Assembly (NCBI RefSeq): GCF_044647545.1 | Contig: NZ_CP172818.1 | DNA: 64,000 nucleotides | DNA from: Escherichia coli | GTDB lineage: Bacteria; Pseudomonadota; Gammaproteobacteria; Enterobacterales; Enterobacteriaceae | Strand: one strand, 5' to 3' | Shown: piece by piece, positions 50,279 to 61,977 of the stretch | Layout: each line of letters starts with the position of its first letter | Numbering within the stretch: the stretch's first letter is position 1 | Notes under the pieces: model-generated | The model's input: the letters and a program-made list of their open reading frames with translations, nothing else | Database searches by the model: none | Told to the model about the DNA's origin: nothing | Translations under genes and position numbers: made by a program

Positions 50279-53200
50279 ATGAGCGGAAAACCGGCGGCGC
50301 GTCAGGGCGACATGACGCAGTATGGCGGTAGCATTGTTCAGGGTTCTGCCGGGGTGCGTATTGGTGCCCCCACCGGCGTGGCCTGTTCAGTGTGCCCCGG
50401 CGGGGTGACGTCCGGTCATCCGGTCAATCCGCTGCTGGGTGCAAAGGTCCTTCCCGGCGAAACCGACCTTGCCCTGCCCGCCCCGCTGCCGTTCATCCTC
50501 TCCCGCACCTACAGCAGTTACCGGACAAAAACGTCCGCGCCGGTGGGGAGCCTCGGCCCCGGCTGGAAAATGCCTGCGGATATCCGCTTACAGCTGCGCG
50601 ATAACACACTGATACTCAGTGATAACGGCGGCAGAAGCCTGTATTTTGAGCACCTGTTTCCCGGTGAGGACGGTTACAGCCGCAGCGAGTCACTCTGGCT
50701 GGTGCGCGGCGGCGTGGCGAAACTGGATGAAGGTCACCGGCTGGCCGCACTCTGGCAGGCGCTGCCGGAAGAGCTTCGCCTGAGTCCGCATCGTTATCTG
50801 GCGACGAACAGTCCACAGGGGCCGTGGTGGGTACTCGGCTGGTGTGAGCGGGTGCCGGAGGCGGATGAGGTGCTGCCTGCGCCGCTGCCGCCGTACCGGG
50901 TACTGACCGGGCTGGTGGACCGCTTCGGGCGCACACAGACGCTCCACCGCGAAGCCGCCGGTGAATTCAGCGGCGAAATCACCGGCGTGACGGATGGTGC
51001 CGGGCGTCACTTCCGGCTGGTACTGACCACGCAGGCGCTGCGGGCAGAAGAGGCCCGGCAGCAGGCCATTTCCGGCGGGACGGAACCGTCCGCTTTTCCT
51101 GATACCCTGCCGGGTTACACCGAATATGGCCGGGACAACGGTATCCGCCTGTCCGCCGTGTGGCTGACGCACGACCCGGAATATCCGGAGAATTTACCTG
51201 CCGCGCCGCTGGTGCGCTATGGCTGGACGCCACGCGGCGAACTGGCGGTGGTGTATGACCGCAGCAATACACAGGTGCGCAGCTTTACTTACGATGATAA
51301 ATACCGGGGCCGGATGGTGGCGCACCGTCACACGGGCCGGCCGGAAATCCGTTACCGTTACGACAGTGACGGGCGGGTGACAGAACAGCTAAACCCGGCA
51401 GGCTTAAGCTACACCTATCTGTTATGAGCAAAACCGCATCACCATCACCGACAGCCTGAACCGCCGTGAAGTCCTGCATACGCAGGCGAAGGCGGCCTGA
51501 AGCGGGTGGTGAAAAAGGAACACGCGGACGGCAGCGTCACGCAGAGTCAGTTTGACGCGGTGGGCAGGCTTAAGACACAGACGGATGCCGCAGGCCGGAC
51601 AACAGAATACAGCCCGGATGTGGTGACGGGCCTCATCACGCGCATCACCACGCCGGATGGCAGGGCATCGGCGTTTTACTATAACCACCACAGCCAGTTA
51701 ACGTCAGCCACCGGGCCTGACGGGCTGGAAATACGCCGGGAATATGATGAATCCGGCCGTCTGATTCAGGAAACCGCCCCTGACGGCGATATCACCCGCT
51801 ACCGTTATGATAATCCACACAGTGACTTCCCCTGCGCAACGGAAGATGCCACCGGCAGCCGGAAAACCATGACGTGGAGCCGTTACGGTCAGTTGCTGAG
51901 CTTCACCGACTGTTCCGGCTACCAGACCCGTTATGACCATGACCGCTTCGGGCAGATGACGGCGGTGCACCGCGAGGAAGGCCTGAGCCAGTGCCGCGCA
52001 TACGACAGCCGTGGACAGTTAATTGCCGTGAAAGACACGCAGGGCCATGAAACGCGGTATGAATACAACATCGCCGGTGACCTGACCGCCGTCATTGCCC
52101 CGGACGGCAGCAGAAACGGGACACAGTACGATGCGTGGGGAAAGGCCATCCGTACCACGCAGGGCGGGCTGACCCGCAGTATGGAATACGATGCTGCAGG
52201 ACGGGTCATCCGCCTGACAAACGAAAACGGCAGCCACACCACCTTCCGTTACGATGTACTCGACCGGCTGATACAGGAAACCGGCTTTGACGGCCGCACA
52301 CAGCGTTACCACCACGACCTGACCGGCAAACTTATCCGCAGCGAGGATGAGGGGCTGGTCACCCACTGGCACTATGACGAAGCAGACCGCATCACGCAGC
52401 GAACGGTGAATGGTGAAACCGCAGAACAGTGGCGGTACGACGAACGCGGCTGGCTGACACAAATCAGCCATCTCAGCGAAGGGCACCGGGTGACGGTGCA
52501 TTACGGGTATGATGAGAAAGGCCGCCTGACCGGTGAGCGCCAGACGGTGCATCATCCGCAGACGGAAGCACTGCTCTGGCAGCATGAGACCAGACATGCG
52601 TACAACGCGCAGGGGCTGGCGAACCGCTGTATACCGGACAACCTGCCCGCCGTGGAATGGCTGACTTATGGCAGTGGTTACCTGGCAGGGATGAAACTCG
52701 GCGACACACCGCTGGTGGAGTACACCCGCGACCGCCTGCACCGGGAAACGCTGCGCAGCTTCGGCCGTTATGAACTCACCACCGCTTATACCCCTGCCGG
52801 GCAGTTACAGAGCCAGCACCTGAACAGCCTGCAGTATGACCGCGATTACACCTGGAACGACAACGGCGAACTCATTCGCATCAGCAGCCCGCGCCAGACC
52901 CGGAGTTACAGCTACAGCGACTCCGGCAGGCTGACCGGCGTTCACACCACCGCAGCGAACCTGGATATCCGCATCCCGTATGCCACGGACCCGGCAGGTA
53001 ACCGCCTGCCCGACCCGGAGCTGCACCCGGACAGCACCCTCAGCATGTGGCCGGATAACCGTATCGCCCGTGACGCGCACTATCTTTACCGGTATGACCG
53101 TCACGGCAGGCTGACGGAGAAAACCGACCTCATCCCGGAAGGGGTTATCCGCACGGATGATGAGCGGACTCACCGGTACCATTACGACAGCCGGCACCGG

Positions 53201-54514
53201 CTGGTGCACTACACGCGGACACAATATGCAGAGCCGCTGGTCGAAAGTCGCTATCTTTACGACCCGCTGGGCCGCAGGGTGGCAAAACGGGTGTGGCGGC
53301 GTGAACGGGACCTGACGGGCTGGATGTCGCTGTCACGGAAACCGGAAGTGACCTGGTACGGCTGGGACGGCGACCGCCTGACCACGATACAGAACGACAG
53401 AACCCGCATCCAGACGGTTTATCAGCCGGGGAGCTTCACACCACTCATCAGGGTCGAAACCGCCACCGGTGAGCAGGCGAAAACGCAGCGCCGCAGCCTG
53501 GCGGATGCGCTTCAGCAGTCCGGCGGCGAAGACGGTGGCAGTGTGGTGTTCCCGCCGGTGCTGGTGCAGATGCTCGACCGGCTGGAAAGTGAAATCCTTA
53601 CTGACCGGGTGAGTGAGGAAAGCCGCCGCTGGCTGGCATCGTGCGGCCTGACGGTGGCGCAGATGCAAAACCAGATGGACCCGGTGTACACGCCGGCGAG
53701 AAAAATCCACCTGTACCACTGCGACCATCGCGGCCTGCCGCTGGCGCTTGTCAGCACGGAAGGGGCAACAGAATGGTGCGCAGAATACGATGAGTGGGGC
53801 AACCTGCTGAATGAAGAGAACCCGCACCAGCTGCAACAGCTTATCCGCCTGCCGGGTCAGCAGTATGATGAGGAGTCAGGCCTGTATTACAACCGCCACC
53901 GCTATTATGACCCGCTGCAGGGGCGGTATATCACTCAGGATCCGATTGGGCTGAAGGGGGGATGGAACCTGTATGGATATCAATTGAATCCGATATCAGA
54001 CATCGACCCCCTGGGTTTATCTATGTGGGAGGATGCAAAATCGGGGGCATGTACTAATGGTCTTTGCGGCACACTATCCGCTATGATAGGTCCAGATAAG
54101 TTTGATTCTATAGATAGCACCGCATATGACGCCTTAAATAAAATAAATAGCCAATCTATTTGCGAAGATAAAGAGTTCGCTGGTTTAATATGTAAGGATA
54201 ATAGTGGCAGATATTTCTCAACAGCACCTAACCGAGGGGAAAGAAAAGGATCATATCCATTCAATAGCCCTTGCCCTAATGGTACTGAGAAAGTATCAGC
54301 TTATCATACTCATGGTGCAGATAGTCATGGAGAATATTGGGACGAAATATTTTCAGGCAAAGATGAGAAAATAGTTAAAAGTAAAGATAACAATATCAAG
54401 TCATTTTATTTGGGCACGCCCAGTGGTAATTTTAAAGCAATAGATAACCACGGGAAGGAAATAACAAACGGAAAAGGATTACCTAATGTCTGCAGAGTTC
54501 ATGGTAATATGTAA
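50279..54514 (+). pseudogene. rhsB: Rhs core protein RhsB with C-terminal toxin tip; interrupted by an in-frame TGA at 51425-51427, frame resumes downstream (ORF track segments 50279..51427 and 51506..54514)
   Basis: N-terminus MSGKPAARQGDMTQYGGSIVQGSAGVRIGAPTGVACSVCPGG; YD-repeat core; core-tip boundary motif DPIGLKGGW near 53940; both segments in the same frame, total 1412 codons as for intact RhsB. The break could be a real disruption or sequence error. Confidence 0.8.
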
Positions 54515-54869
54515 AAAAATATTTTTTAGGAACTGTGTCATTGTATCTTTGTTTGTTTTTACATACAACACATGGGCGCAGTGTAATAATAATATTAAAA
54601 TAATGCGCAAGTATGAAAGTGAGGGTAAATATACCGTTAGAAATTTGGTTAAAAATAAAGCTATAGCATTGGAATTAGCTGAGATATATGTTAAGAATCG
54701 TTATGGGCAGGATGCCGCAGAAGAAGAAAAACCATATAAAATCACTGAGTTAACAACAAGTTGGGTTGTTGAAGGCACCATTCACTCAGACCAAATTGCT
54801 GGTGGGGTTTTTATTATAGAAATAGGCAAAAATGATGGGGTAATTCTGAATTTTGGCCACGGAAAATAA
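54486..54869 (+). CDS. yhhH: Probable Rhs immunity protein YhhH, overlapping the 3-prime end of rhsB
   Basis: ORF track 127 aa; start lies 29 nt inside the rhsB tip, the usual toxin-immunity arrangement; AT-rich like the tip. Confidence 0.75.
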   Translation: MSAEFMVICKKIFFRNCVIVSLFVFTYNTWAQCNNNIKIMRKYESEGKYTVRNLVKNKAIALELAEIYVKNRYGQDAAEEEKPYKITELTTSWVVEGTIHSDQIAGGVFIIEIGKNDGVILNFGHGK

Positions 54870-54958
54870 GTATGTAAGGATAATCAAACATCGTGTGCGC
54901 TGATGGCAGAGTAGGTGGAGGACTCCAGACAGTCAAACGATAAAAAAAGATAGCCTTT

Positions 54959-55357
54959 ATGGAGGCTCCTGCAATGTCAAATACATACCAGAAAAGAAAG
55001 GCAAGTAAAGAGTATGGTTTATATAATCAATGTAAGAAACTAAATGATGATGAATTATTTCGCTTACTTGATGATCACAATTCCTTGAAAAGGATTTCAT
55101 CTGCCAGAGTATTACAGTTAAGAGGTGGGCAAGACGCTGTTAGATTGGTAATTGAGTTCTGCTCTGATAAAAATTATATCCGTAGAGATATCGGAGCATT
55201 TATACTCGGGCAAATAAAAATTTGCAAAAAATGCGAAGATAATGTGTTTAATATTTTGAACAATATGGCATTGAATGATAAGAGCGCTTGCGTTCGAGCT
55301 ACGGCAATCGAGTCAACGGCCAGGGAAAGATCATCAAAAGTACACTTTTTGTACTAA
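54959..55357 (+). CDS. Short HEAT-repeat-like protein, possibly a truncated YibA-like orphan remnant of an Rhs element
   Basis: ORF track 132 aa; AT-rich; real start may be the internal Met at 54974 (MSNTYQKRK). Resemblance to YibA is from memory, not a search. Confidence 0.45.
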   Translation: MEAPAMSNTYQKRKASKEYGLYNQCKKLNDDELFRLLDDHNSLKRISSARVLQLRGGQDAVRLVIEFCSDKNYIRRDIGAFILGQIKICKKCEDNVFNILNNMALNDKSACVRATAIESTARERSSKVHFLY

Positions 55358-55464
55358 ATAATTCGCATTTTATGTTTAAAAATTGAGATATTCCTCATTA
55401 CCTGAAGCTGTTTTTTATTGCTTATACATGATCAAATACTCCTTACATAATTAAGGAGAACAAA

Positions 55465-56601
55465 ATGGTACTTAAAAAATTGATGGAACATATTTCTATT
55501 ATCCCCGATTACAGACAAGCCTGGAAAGTGGAACATAAATTATCGGACATTCTACTGTTGACTATTTGTGCCGTTATTTCTGGTGCAGAAGGCTGGGAAG
55601 ATATAGAGGATTTTGGGGAAACACATCTCGATTTTTTGAAGCAATATGGTGATTTTGAAAATGGTATTCCTGTTCACGATACCATTGCCAGAGTTGTATC
55701 CTGTATCAGTCCTGCAAAATTTCACGAGTGCTTTATTAACTGGATGCGTGACTGCCATTCTTCAGATGATAAAGGCGTCATTGCAATTGATGGAAAAACG
55801 CTCCGGCACTCTTATGACAAGAGTCGCCGCAGGGGAGCGATTCATGTCATTAGTGCGTTCTCAACAATGCACAGTCTGGTCATCGGACAGATCAAGACAG
55901 ATGAGAAATCCAATGAGATTACAGCTATCCCAGAACTTCTTAACATGCTGGATATTAAAGGAAAAATCATCACAACTGATGCGATGGGTTGCCAGAAAGA
56001 TATTGCAGAGAAGATACAAAAACAGGGAGGTGATTATTTATTCGCTGTAAAAGGAAATCAGGGGCGGCTAAATAAAGCCTTTGAGGAAAAATTTCCACTG
56101 AAAGAATTAAATAATCCAGAGCATGACAGTTACGCAATGAGTGAAAAGAGTCACGGCAGAGAAGAAATCCGTCTTCACATTGTTTGCGATGTCCCTGATG
56201 AACTTATTGATTTCACGTTTGAATGGAAAGGTCTGAAGAAATTATGCGTGGCAGTCTCCTTTCGGTCAATAATAGCAGAACAAAAGAAAGAGCCAGAAAT
56301 GACGGTCAGATATTATATCAGTTCTGCTGATTTAACCGCAGAGAAGTTCGCCACAGCAATCCGAAACCACTGGCACGTGGAGAATAAGCTGCACTGGCGT
56401 CTGGACGTGGTAATGAATGAAGACGACTGCAAAATAAGAAGAGGAAATGCAGCAGAATTATTTTCAGGGATACGGCACATCGCTATTAATATTTTGACGA
56501 ATGATAAGGTATTCAAGGCAGGGTTAAGACGTAAGATGCGAAAAGCAGCCATGGACAGAAACTATCTGGCGTCAGTCCTTGCGGGGAGCGGGCTTTCGTA
56601 A
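55465..56601 (+). CDS. yhhI: H-repeat-associated (ISAs1-family) transposase-like protein YhhI
   Basis: ORF track 378 aa; [51 protein letters not shown] typical of H-rpt ORFs found at the distal end of Rhs elements. Confidence 0.88.
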   Translation: MVLKKLMEHISIIPDYRQAWKVEHKLSDILLLTICAVISGAEGWEDIEDFGETHLDFLKQYGDFENGIPVHDTIARVVSCISPAKFHECFINWMRDCHSSDDKGVIAIDGKTLRHSYDKSRRRGAIHVISAFSTMHSLVIGQIKTDEKSNEITAIPELLNMLDIKGKIITTDAMGCQKDIAEKIQKQGGDYLFAVKGNQGRLNKAFEEKFPLKELNNPEHDSYAMSEKSHGREEIRLHIVCDVPDELIDFTFEWKGLKKLCVAVSFRSIIAEQKKEPEMTVRYYISSADLTAEKFATAIRNHWHVENKLHWRLDVVMNEDDCKIRRGNAAELFSGIRHIAINILTNDKVFKAGLRRKMRKAAMDRNYLASVLAGSGLS

Positions 56602-56688
56602 TCTTTCCCTGATACAAAAAAAAAACAAGTTCAAAACTTTATCCGGCAATCAATATATACACACAATATGAAGTCAAGTTTCCCTTCC

Positions 56689-57813
56689 TTACGCCATTGT
56701 CCCAATCGTCTTCCTGAATCGCAGCAGTGCGATGGTGAAAAATGCGCCGCCAATTGCCATCAGCGTCAGGAACTGCGGCCAGACGATTTCGAATCCGGCA
56801 CCACGGTAGAGAATGGCCTGCGCGAGGCTAACAAAGTGTGTCGTCGGCATGGTCAGCATAATGTCCTGCACCATCTGCGGCATACTTTCGCGCGGCGTGG
56901 AGCCACCGGAAAGCATTTGCAGCGGCAGCAGCACCAGAATCACCAGCAGCCCCAGTTGCGGCATCGAACGCGCTATCGTCCCCATAAAAATGCCGATTGA
57001 CGTGGTGGCAAACAGACTCAGCGCCACGCCCAGCATAAACAGCGGGATCGAGCCTTCAATCGGTACGCCCAGCACGCCTTTCACCATCAGTACCAGCGAT
57101 AATCCCGACACCACCAGCACCACCAGCCCCATCGACCAGACCTTCGCCATCATGATCTCAAACGGCGTTATCGGCATCACCAGTAAGTGTTCCACCGTGC
57201 CGTGTTCACGCTCGCGGATCAGCGCCGATCCGGTCAACACAATCGCCAGCATGGTAATGTTGTTGATGATCGCCATCACCCCGCCAAACCACGCGGGATC
57301 GAGGTTCGGGTTAAAGCGCATCCGGGTTTCCAGCGATACCAACGGTTCGCTGTTATCACGGTAGCGCGCGACAAAGCTGTTCACTTCACCGTTGATAATA
57401 TTCTGGATATACCCGTTGCCGGTAAATGCCTGGCTCATGCGCGTGGCATCGACGTTCACCTGAATATCTGGCTGGCGCCCGGCGAGGACATCACGCTGAA
57501 AATTAGGCGGAATATTTATCGCAAAGGTATAACGCCCGGCGTCCAGCCCGGCATCCATCTCATCGGCGGTGATCATCTCCGGTGGCAAAAACCACGGGCG
57601 ATAGAAGCTGTTAACGATCCTGTTCGATAACTGCGATTGATCCATATCGGCAATGGCGATCGGCGCGAGGTTCAACGATCCTGGCGTAACGGTCGCTGAC
57701 GAATACACCGACACCGTAAACGAGAAGACAATCAGCGTCAGCATCGCTTTATCACCGAGCAAACTGCGCAACTCTTTGATACCCAGATTAAAAATATTGC
57801 GTAAATGGCGCAT
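56689..57813 (-). CDS. yhhJ: ABC-2-type transporter permease YhhJ
   Basis: ORF track 56689..57897; start placed at [18 protein letters not shown] preceded by AGGAGGG; tandem ATGATG start overlaps the rbbA stop (ATGA). Confidence 0.88.
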   Translation of the reverse strand: MRHLRNIFNLGIKELRSLLGDKAMLTLIVFSFTVSVYSSATVTPGSLNLAPIAIADMDQSQLSNRIVNSFYRPWFLPPEMITADEMDAGLDAGRYTFAINIPPNFQRDVLAGRQPDIQVNVDATRMSQAFTGNGYIQNIINGEVNSFVARYRDNSEPLVSLETRMRFNPNLDPAWFGGVMAIINNITMLAIVLTGSALIREREHGTVEHLLVMPITPFEIMMAKVWSMGLVVLVVSGLSLVLMVKGVLGVPIEGSIPLFMLGVALSLFATTSIGIFMGTIARSMPQLGLLVILVLLPLQMLSGGSTPRESMPQMVQDIMLTMPTTHFVSLAQAILYRGAGFEIVWPQFLTLMAIGGAFFTIALLRFRKTIGTMA

Positions 57814-60548
57814 CATCCCTCCTGTTTTTTCAGCAGCAGGATGCTTAAGCCCACCACCAGCGGGATGGCTATCAGCAACGGGATAAAAAGTTGCCACAAA
57901 TCAGTCAGATCCAGCGCCTTCGAGAACGTCCCGCGGGCGATAGTCAGAAAATGACTGGTCGGGTAAACCTCGCCGATCCAACGTCCTGGACCTTCCAGCG
58001 AAGCTACCGGATCGATCATCCCGGAAAACTGCGTCGCCGGAATCAACGTGATGATCGCAGTGCCAAAAATAGCGGCAATCTGGCTTTTCATAAAGGTGGA
58101 GATCAGCAGCCCCATTCCGGTGGCAATGATGATATACAGCAGCGCCGCCAGGGTGAGCGTCAGGAAACTGCCTTTATGCGGTACGCCAAACACAAACACC
58201 GACAGGCCGCAGAGCAGGAAAAAGTTCAGCATCCCCAGCGCGATGTATGGCAACTGTTTACCAAGCAAAAATTCACTACGCGTGGTGGGGGTCACGTAAA
58301 GGTTGATAATCGACCCAAGCTCTTTTTCCCGCACCACGCTAAGGGCGCTTAGCATTGACGGGATCATCATCAGCAGAAGCGGGATCACCGCCGGAACAAT
58401 CGCTGGCAGGCTTTTTACGTCCGGGTTATAGCGATAGCGCGTCTCAATGTTCATCAGCCCGCTTTGGCTGGCGGGTGTCGATTGTCGGCTCGCCACATCC
58501 TGAAGCCAACTCTGGTGCATTGCCTGCACGTAACCTTTTACCGTTTCGGCACGACTGGGCATCGCTCCGTCGATCCAGACGCCGAGTTCCACAGGCGTAC
58601 CACGCGCGATATCGCGCCCAAAATTGGGAGGGATCTCAATTGCCACCGTGATATCGCCCGCACGCATCCGACGATCCAGCTCGTCATAACTGGTGAGCGG
58701 CGGCTGTTCGATAAAGTAACGGGAACCGGAGAGATTGAGCGTCCACGCCTGGCTACTGACGGTCTGGTCGCGGTCGAGCACAGCAAAGCGCAGGTTTTCC
58801 ACATCCATACTGATGCCGTAACCCATTATCAGCATCAGGATCACCGTTCCCATCAGCGCCAGCGTCGAACGTACTGGATCGCGTCGCAGTTCCAGCGCTT
58901 CGCGGCGGCTGTAGCTAAACAGACGGCGCAGGCTAAATCCCTGACGCGGCGCGTGGGTGGTGTCGTGTACCACGGGCGGCGCTTCGGCTTCGTTGCTCTG
59001 CCCTGCCGCTTCCTGCAAATAGGCGATAAATGCCTCTTCCAGACTGGCGGCTCCGCGTTTCTCAACCAGTTCCTGCGGTGTACCGCTGGCAAGCACTTTT
59101 CCGGCGTGCATCAGTGAGATGCGGTCGCAACGTTCCGCTTCGTTCATAAAGTGGGTGGAGATGAAGATAGTCACTTTGTCCTGGCGCGAGAGATCGACCA
59201 TCAACTGCCAGAACATATCCCTCGCCACCGGATCGACACCAGAAGTAGGCTCATCGAGGATTAACATCTCCGGGCGATGAATCACCGCCACCGCCAGCGA
59301 AAGCCGCTGGCGAATGCCGAGCGGCAATGACTCCGGCAGAACATCTTCAACGTCGTTGAGCTTAAAACGCTCGCTCATTTCAGCCACTCGCGCGGGAATT
59401 TCCGCTTCCGGGATATGAAACAGACGAGCATGTAACTCCAGGTTTTGCCGCACGGTGAGTTCGTTATAGAGCGAAAACGCCTGCGACATATAGCCCACCC
59501 GACGGCGAGTATCGATATCTTTTGGATCAACCGGTTGCCCGAACAGCCACGCCTCACCTTCGCTGGCGGGCAGCAATCCGGTAAGCATTTTCATGGTGGT
59601 GGATTTACCGCAGCCGTTCGAACCAAGAAAACCAAAAATCTCCCCGCGTGGAATGCGGAAATTGACGTGATCAACGGCAACGAAGGAACCAAAACGCATG
59701 GTCAGATCGCGCGCTTCGATGGCAATCTCTGCGTTTTCAGGTTGATATGGTGGGATCACTACCGCCTGATGCGCCTGGCGTTGCGCTTGCGGTAACAGAT
59801 TTATAAATGCTTCTTCCAGCGTGGCGCTTTGCGTTTGCTGCCGCAGCTCTTCGGCGCTGCCAGTTGCCAGCACTTCTCCTGCATTCATCGCTACCAGCCA
59901 GTCGAAGCGTTCCGCCTCTTCCATATAGGCGGTGGCAACCAGCACGCTCATATTGCTCTGCCGCTGGCGAATACTGTCGATCAGATCCCAGAACTGGGCG
60001 CGGGAGAGCGGGTCAACCCCCGTTGTTGGCTCATCAAGAATCAACAGTTCCGGGTCGTGAATTAACGCACAGCACAGCCCAAGTTTTTGCTTCATCCCGC
60101 CGGAGAGTTTCCCTGCCGGGCGATCGCGAAACGGTGCTAACCCGGTGCTGGTCAGCAGCTCATTGATTCGCACTTCCCGCTCCGCTTTGTCGTGACCGAA
60201 CAGGCGAGCGAAAAAATCGACGTTTTCATACACCGACAAGGTGTGGTAGAGATTTTTGCCCAGCCCCTGCGGCATCCAGGCGATGCGCGGGCAGACGTCG
60301 CGGCGATGCTTCGGGTCGCGCATATCGCCGCCCAGCACGATCACATTGCCCTGCTCAATGACGCGGGCACCGGAAATCAATGACAATAAACTCGACTTCC
60401 CGACGCCATCCGGACCAATCAGCCCAACCATGCAGCGGGCCGGAATATCGAGAGTGATATTGTTCAGCGCAACGGTTTTTCCATAATGCTGGCTCACGCC
60501 CGCCAGTTGCGCGACAGGCGGGACGGGAACCAGTTCCAGATGCGTCAT
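57813..60548 (-). CDS. rbbA: Ribosome-associated ATPase RbbA (fused tandem ABC ATPase plus permease domain)
   Basis: ORF track 911 aa; two Walker A motifs GPDGVGKSS and GSNGCGKST; C-terminal ABC-2 membrane domain. Confidence 0.92.
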   Translation of the reverse strand: MTHLELVPVPPVAQLAGVSQHYGKTVALNNITLDIPARCMVGLIGPDGVGKSSLLSLISGARVIEQGNVIVLGGDMRDPKHRRDVCPRIAWMPQGLGKNLYHTLSVYENVDFFARLFGHDKAEREVRINELLTSTGLAPFRDRPAGKLSGGMKQKLGLCCALIHDPELLILDEPTTGVDPLSRAQFWDLIDSIRQRQSNMSVLVATAYMEEAERFDWLVAMNAGEVLATGSAEELRQQTQSATLEEAFINLLPQAQRQAHQAVVIPPYQPENAEIAIEARDLTMRFGSFVAVDHVNFRIPRGEIFGFLGSNGCGKSTTMKMLTGLLPASEGEAWLFGQPVDPKDIDTRRRVGYMSQAFSLYNELTVRQNLELHARLFHIPEAEIPARVAEMSERFKLNDVEDVLPESLPLGIRQRLSLAVAVIHRPEMLILDEPTSGVDPVARDMFWQLMVDLSRQDKVTIFISTHFMNEAERCDRISLMHAGKVLASGTPQELVEKRGAASLEEAFIAYLQEAAGQSNEAEAPPVVHDTTHAPRQGFSLRRLFSYSRREALELRRDPVRSTLALMGTVILMLIMGYGISMDVENLRFAVLDRDQTVSSQAWTLNLSGSRYFIEQPPLTSYDELDRRMRAGDITVAIEIPPNFGRDIARGTPVELGVWIDGAMPSRAETVKGYVQAMHQSWLQDVASRQSTPASQSGLMNIETRYRYNPDVKSLPAIVPAVIPLLLMMIPSMLSALSVVREKELGSIINLYVTPTTRSEFLLGKQLPYIALGMLNFFLLCGLSVFVFGVPHKGSFLTLTLAALLYIIIATGMGLLISTFMKSQIAAIFGTAIITLIPATQFSGMIDPVASLEGPGRWIGEVYPTSHFLTIARGTFSKALDLTDLWQLFIPLLIAIPLVVGLSILLLKKQEG

Positions 60549-61612
60549 TGCGGCAACCTCACCGCCAGGTCTTCAGGCCACGGAAGTTCTTCATTCACCC
60601 GCACCCACGCTACGCCCGGCAAACCGGTTTTGACATATTCCAGATGCTGCTGGAGTAATTCCGGTGGGATACGCGCTTTGACACGGAACATCAGTTTCAG
60701 CCGTTCATCGCTGGTTTCGACGGTTTTTGGCGTGAACTGGGCGACGCTGGCGACAAAACTGATGGTCGCCGGAATACGCAGATCTGGCGCGGCATCGAGG
60801 ATCAGCCGGGCTTCACCGCCCAGTTTCAGCGTGCCCGCCTGTTCGGTTGGCAGGAAGAAGGTCATATAGACGTCGCTGAGATCGACCATATTCAGTACCC
60901 GACCACCTGCCGCCAGCACTTCGCCTGGCTCGGCAACCCGATACTGCACGCGTCCGTCACGCGGGGCTTTCAGTTCGCTGTCATCGATATCTGCGGCAAT
61001 GCGCCGTTCAGTGGCTTGCGCGGCTTCGACGCGAGTTTGCGCCTGAATGATATTGGTGCGTGCCGCCTCTATAGCGGCTTTAGAAGCAGAAACCTGGGCT
61101 TTTGCTGATTCCAGCGCAGCTCGGGCGCTCTCAGCGGCGGCGCGGTCGTCATCCAGCTGTTGCGCAGAAATTGCCCCCCGTTGGGCCAGTGAGCGGGAAC
61201 GCGTATGACGTTTTGCTACGGAGTCCAGTTCTGCCTGGCGTTGATTAACCAGCGACTGTGCGGCACGAGTTTCGCTTTGGCGTTGCTCCAGCAAAGCCTG
61301 CGCGGCGGCAACGGCACTTTGTGCTTCTTTGATTTGCGCGATGGCTTCCATTCGCTGTTCCTGCAACACGCGAGTATCCATCTTCGCCAGCACTTCACCT
61401 TCTCGAACAAACTGGCCTTCTTTCACCAGAATGGTGTCGATACGCCCGGCAATTTTGCTGGCGATATCCACTTCCGTCGCTTCAATGCGCCCATTACTGA
61501 CAGCAAAGCCTTCCGGCACACCTGCCGGGCGCAACAGCCACCACGCCACGATAGCGGCCACCGCCAGTAACCCGACAACCCACCACGCCAGATGGCGCTT
61601 ACTCTTATCCAT
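60545..61612 (-). CDS. yhiI: HlyD-family membrane fusion protein YhiI
   Basis: ORF track 355 aa; N-terminal TM anchor, long Ala/Gln-rich coiled coil, C-terminal beta domain; 4-nt overlap with rbbA. Confidence 0.9.
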   Translation of the reverse strand: MDKSKRHLAWWVVGLLAVAAIVAWWLLRPAGVPEGFAVSNGRIEATEVDIASKIAGRIDTILVKEGQFVREGEVLAKMDTRVLQEQRMEAIAQIKEAQSAVAAAQALLEQRQSETRAAQSLVNQRQAELDSVAKRHTRSRSLAQRGAISAQQLDDDRAAAESARAALESAKAQVSASKAAIEAARTNIIQAQTRVEAAQATERRIAADIDDSELKAPRDGRVQYRVAEPGEVLAAGGRVLNMVDLSDVYMTFFLPTEQAGTLKLGGEARLILDAAPDLRIPATISFVASVAQFTPKTVETSDERLKLMFRVKARIPPELLQQHLEYVKTGLPGVAWVRVNEELPWPEDLAVRLPQ

Positions 61613-61977
61613 AATCGACCCGCCATAATCCCTGTAAGCAAACGACGCGTGTTACAACTGCCGCCGAACGACGTTCAGCGGATTCTTCCATCCGGGATAA
61701 GAAGGAAACGGCAAATACGACCAGCGCGCAGAGCATTGAGCGCCAACGTGGAAGGCTTAGTGAAAACGGGTAGTAATGTTGTCATCATCAGCATTCCTGG
61801 CCGTAAATGAAACACGCATACTCATAAGTGTGATCTATAAAACTGGCTGACAAAACGGTATCCATCCTGTTGGATAGCGTTTCACGCCTGTTCAGTTGCA
61901 GGAACAGAGCATTCCTTATTACGTTTTATCAACAGTCTCAACCAGATAGTAACATTAATATTCATGTTGTCTATGGT

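Larger units (their letters stand above)
50279..56601 (+). mobile_element. RhsB element: GC-rich Rhs core, AT-rich toxin tip, immunity gene, orphan fragment and H-repeat transposase
   Basis: Composite architecture and the sharp GC-rich to AT-rich switch near 53990 seen in sequence; matches the known organisation of E. coli Rhs elements. Confidence 0.7.

Noticed and set aside
51425-51505. Programmed ribosomal frameshift or stop read-through in rhsB
   Set aside because: No slippery heptamer or downstream stimulatory structure is evident; paired compensating indels are more simply explained by mutation or sequencing error.
52019-53836. Long minus-strand ORFs (240 aa, 167 aa, 139 aa) antisense to rhsB
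   Set aside because: The GC-rich Rhs core yields open antisense frames; no independent evidence for genes, and the YD-repeat frame on the plus strand explains the region.
50279-56601. Treating the Rhs locus as a new defence or toxin system
   Set aside because: The architecture matches the known RhsB element of E. coli; only the function of the tip and immunity pair remains open, which is reported separately as a finding.
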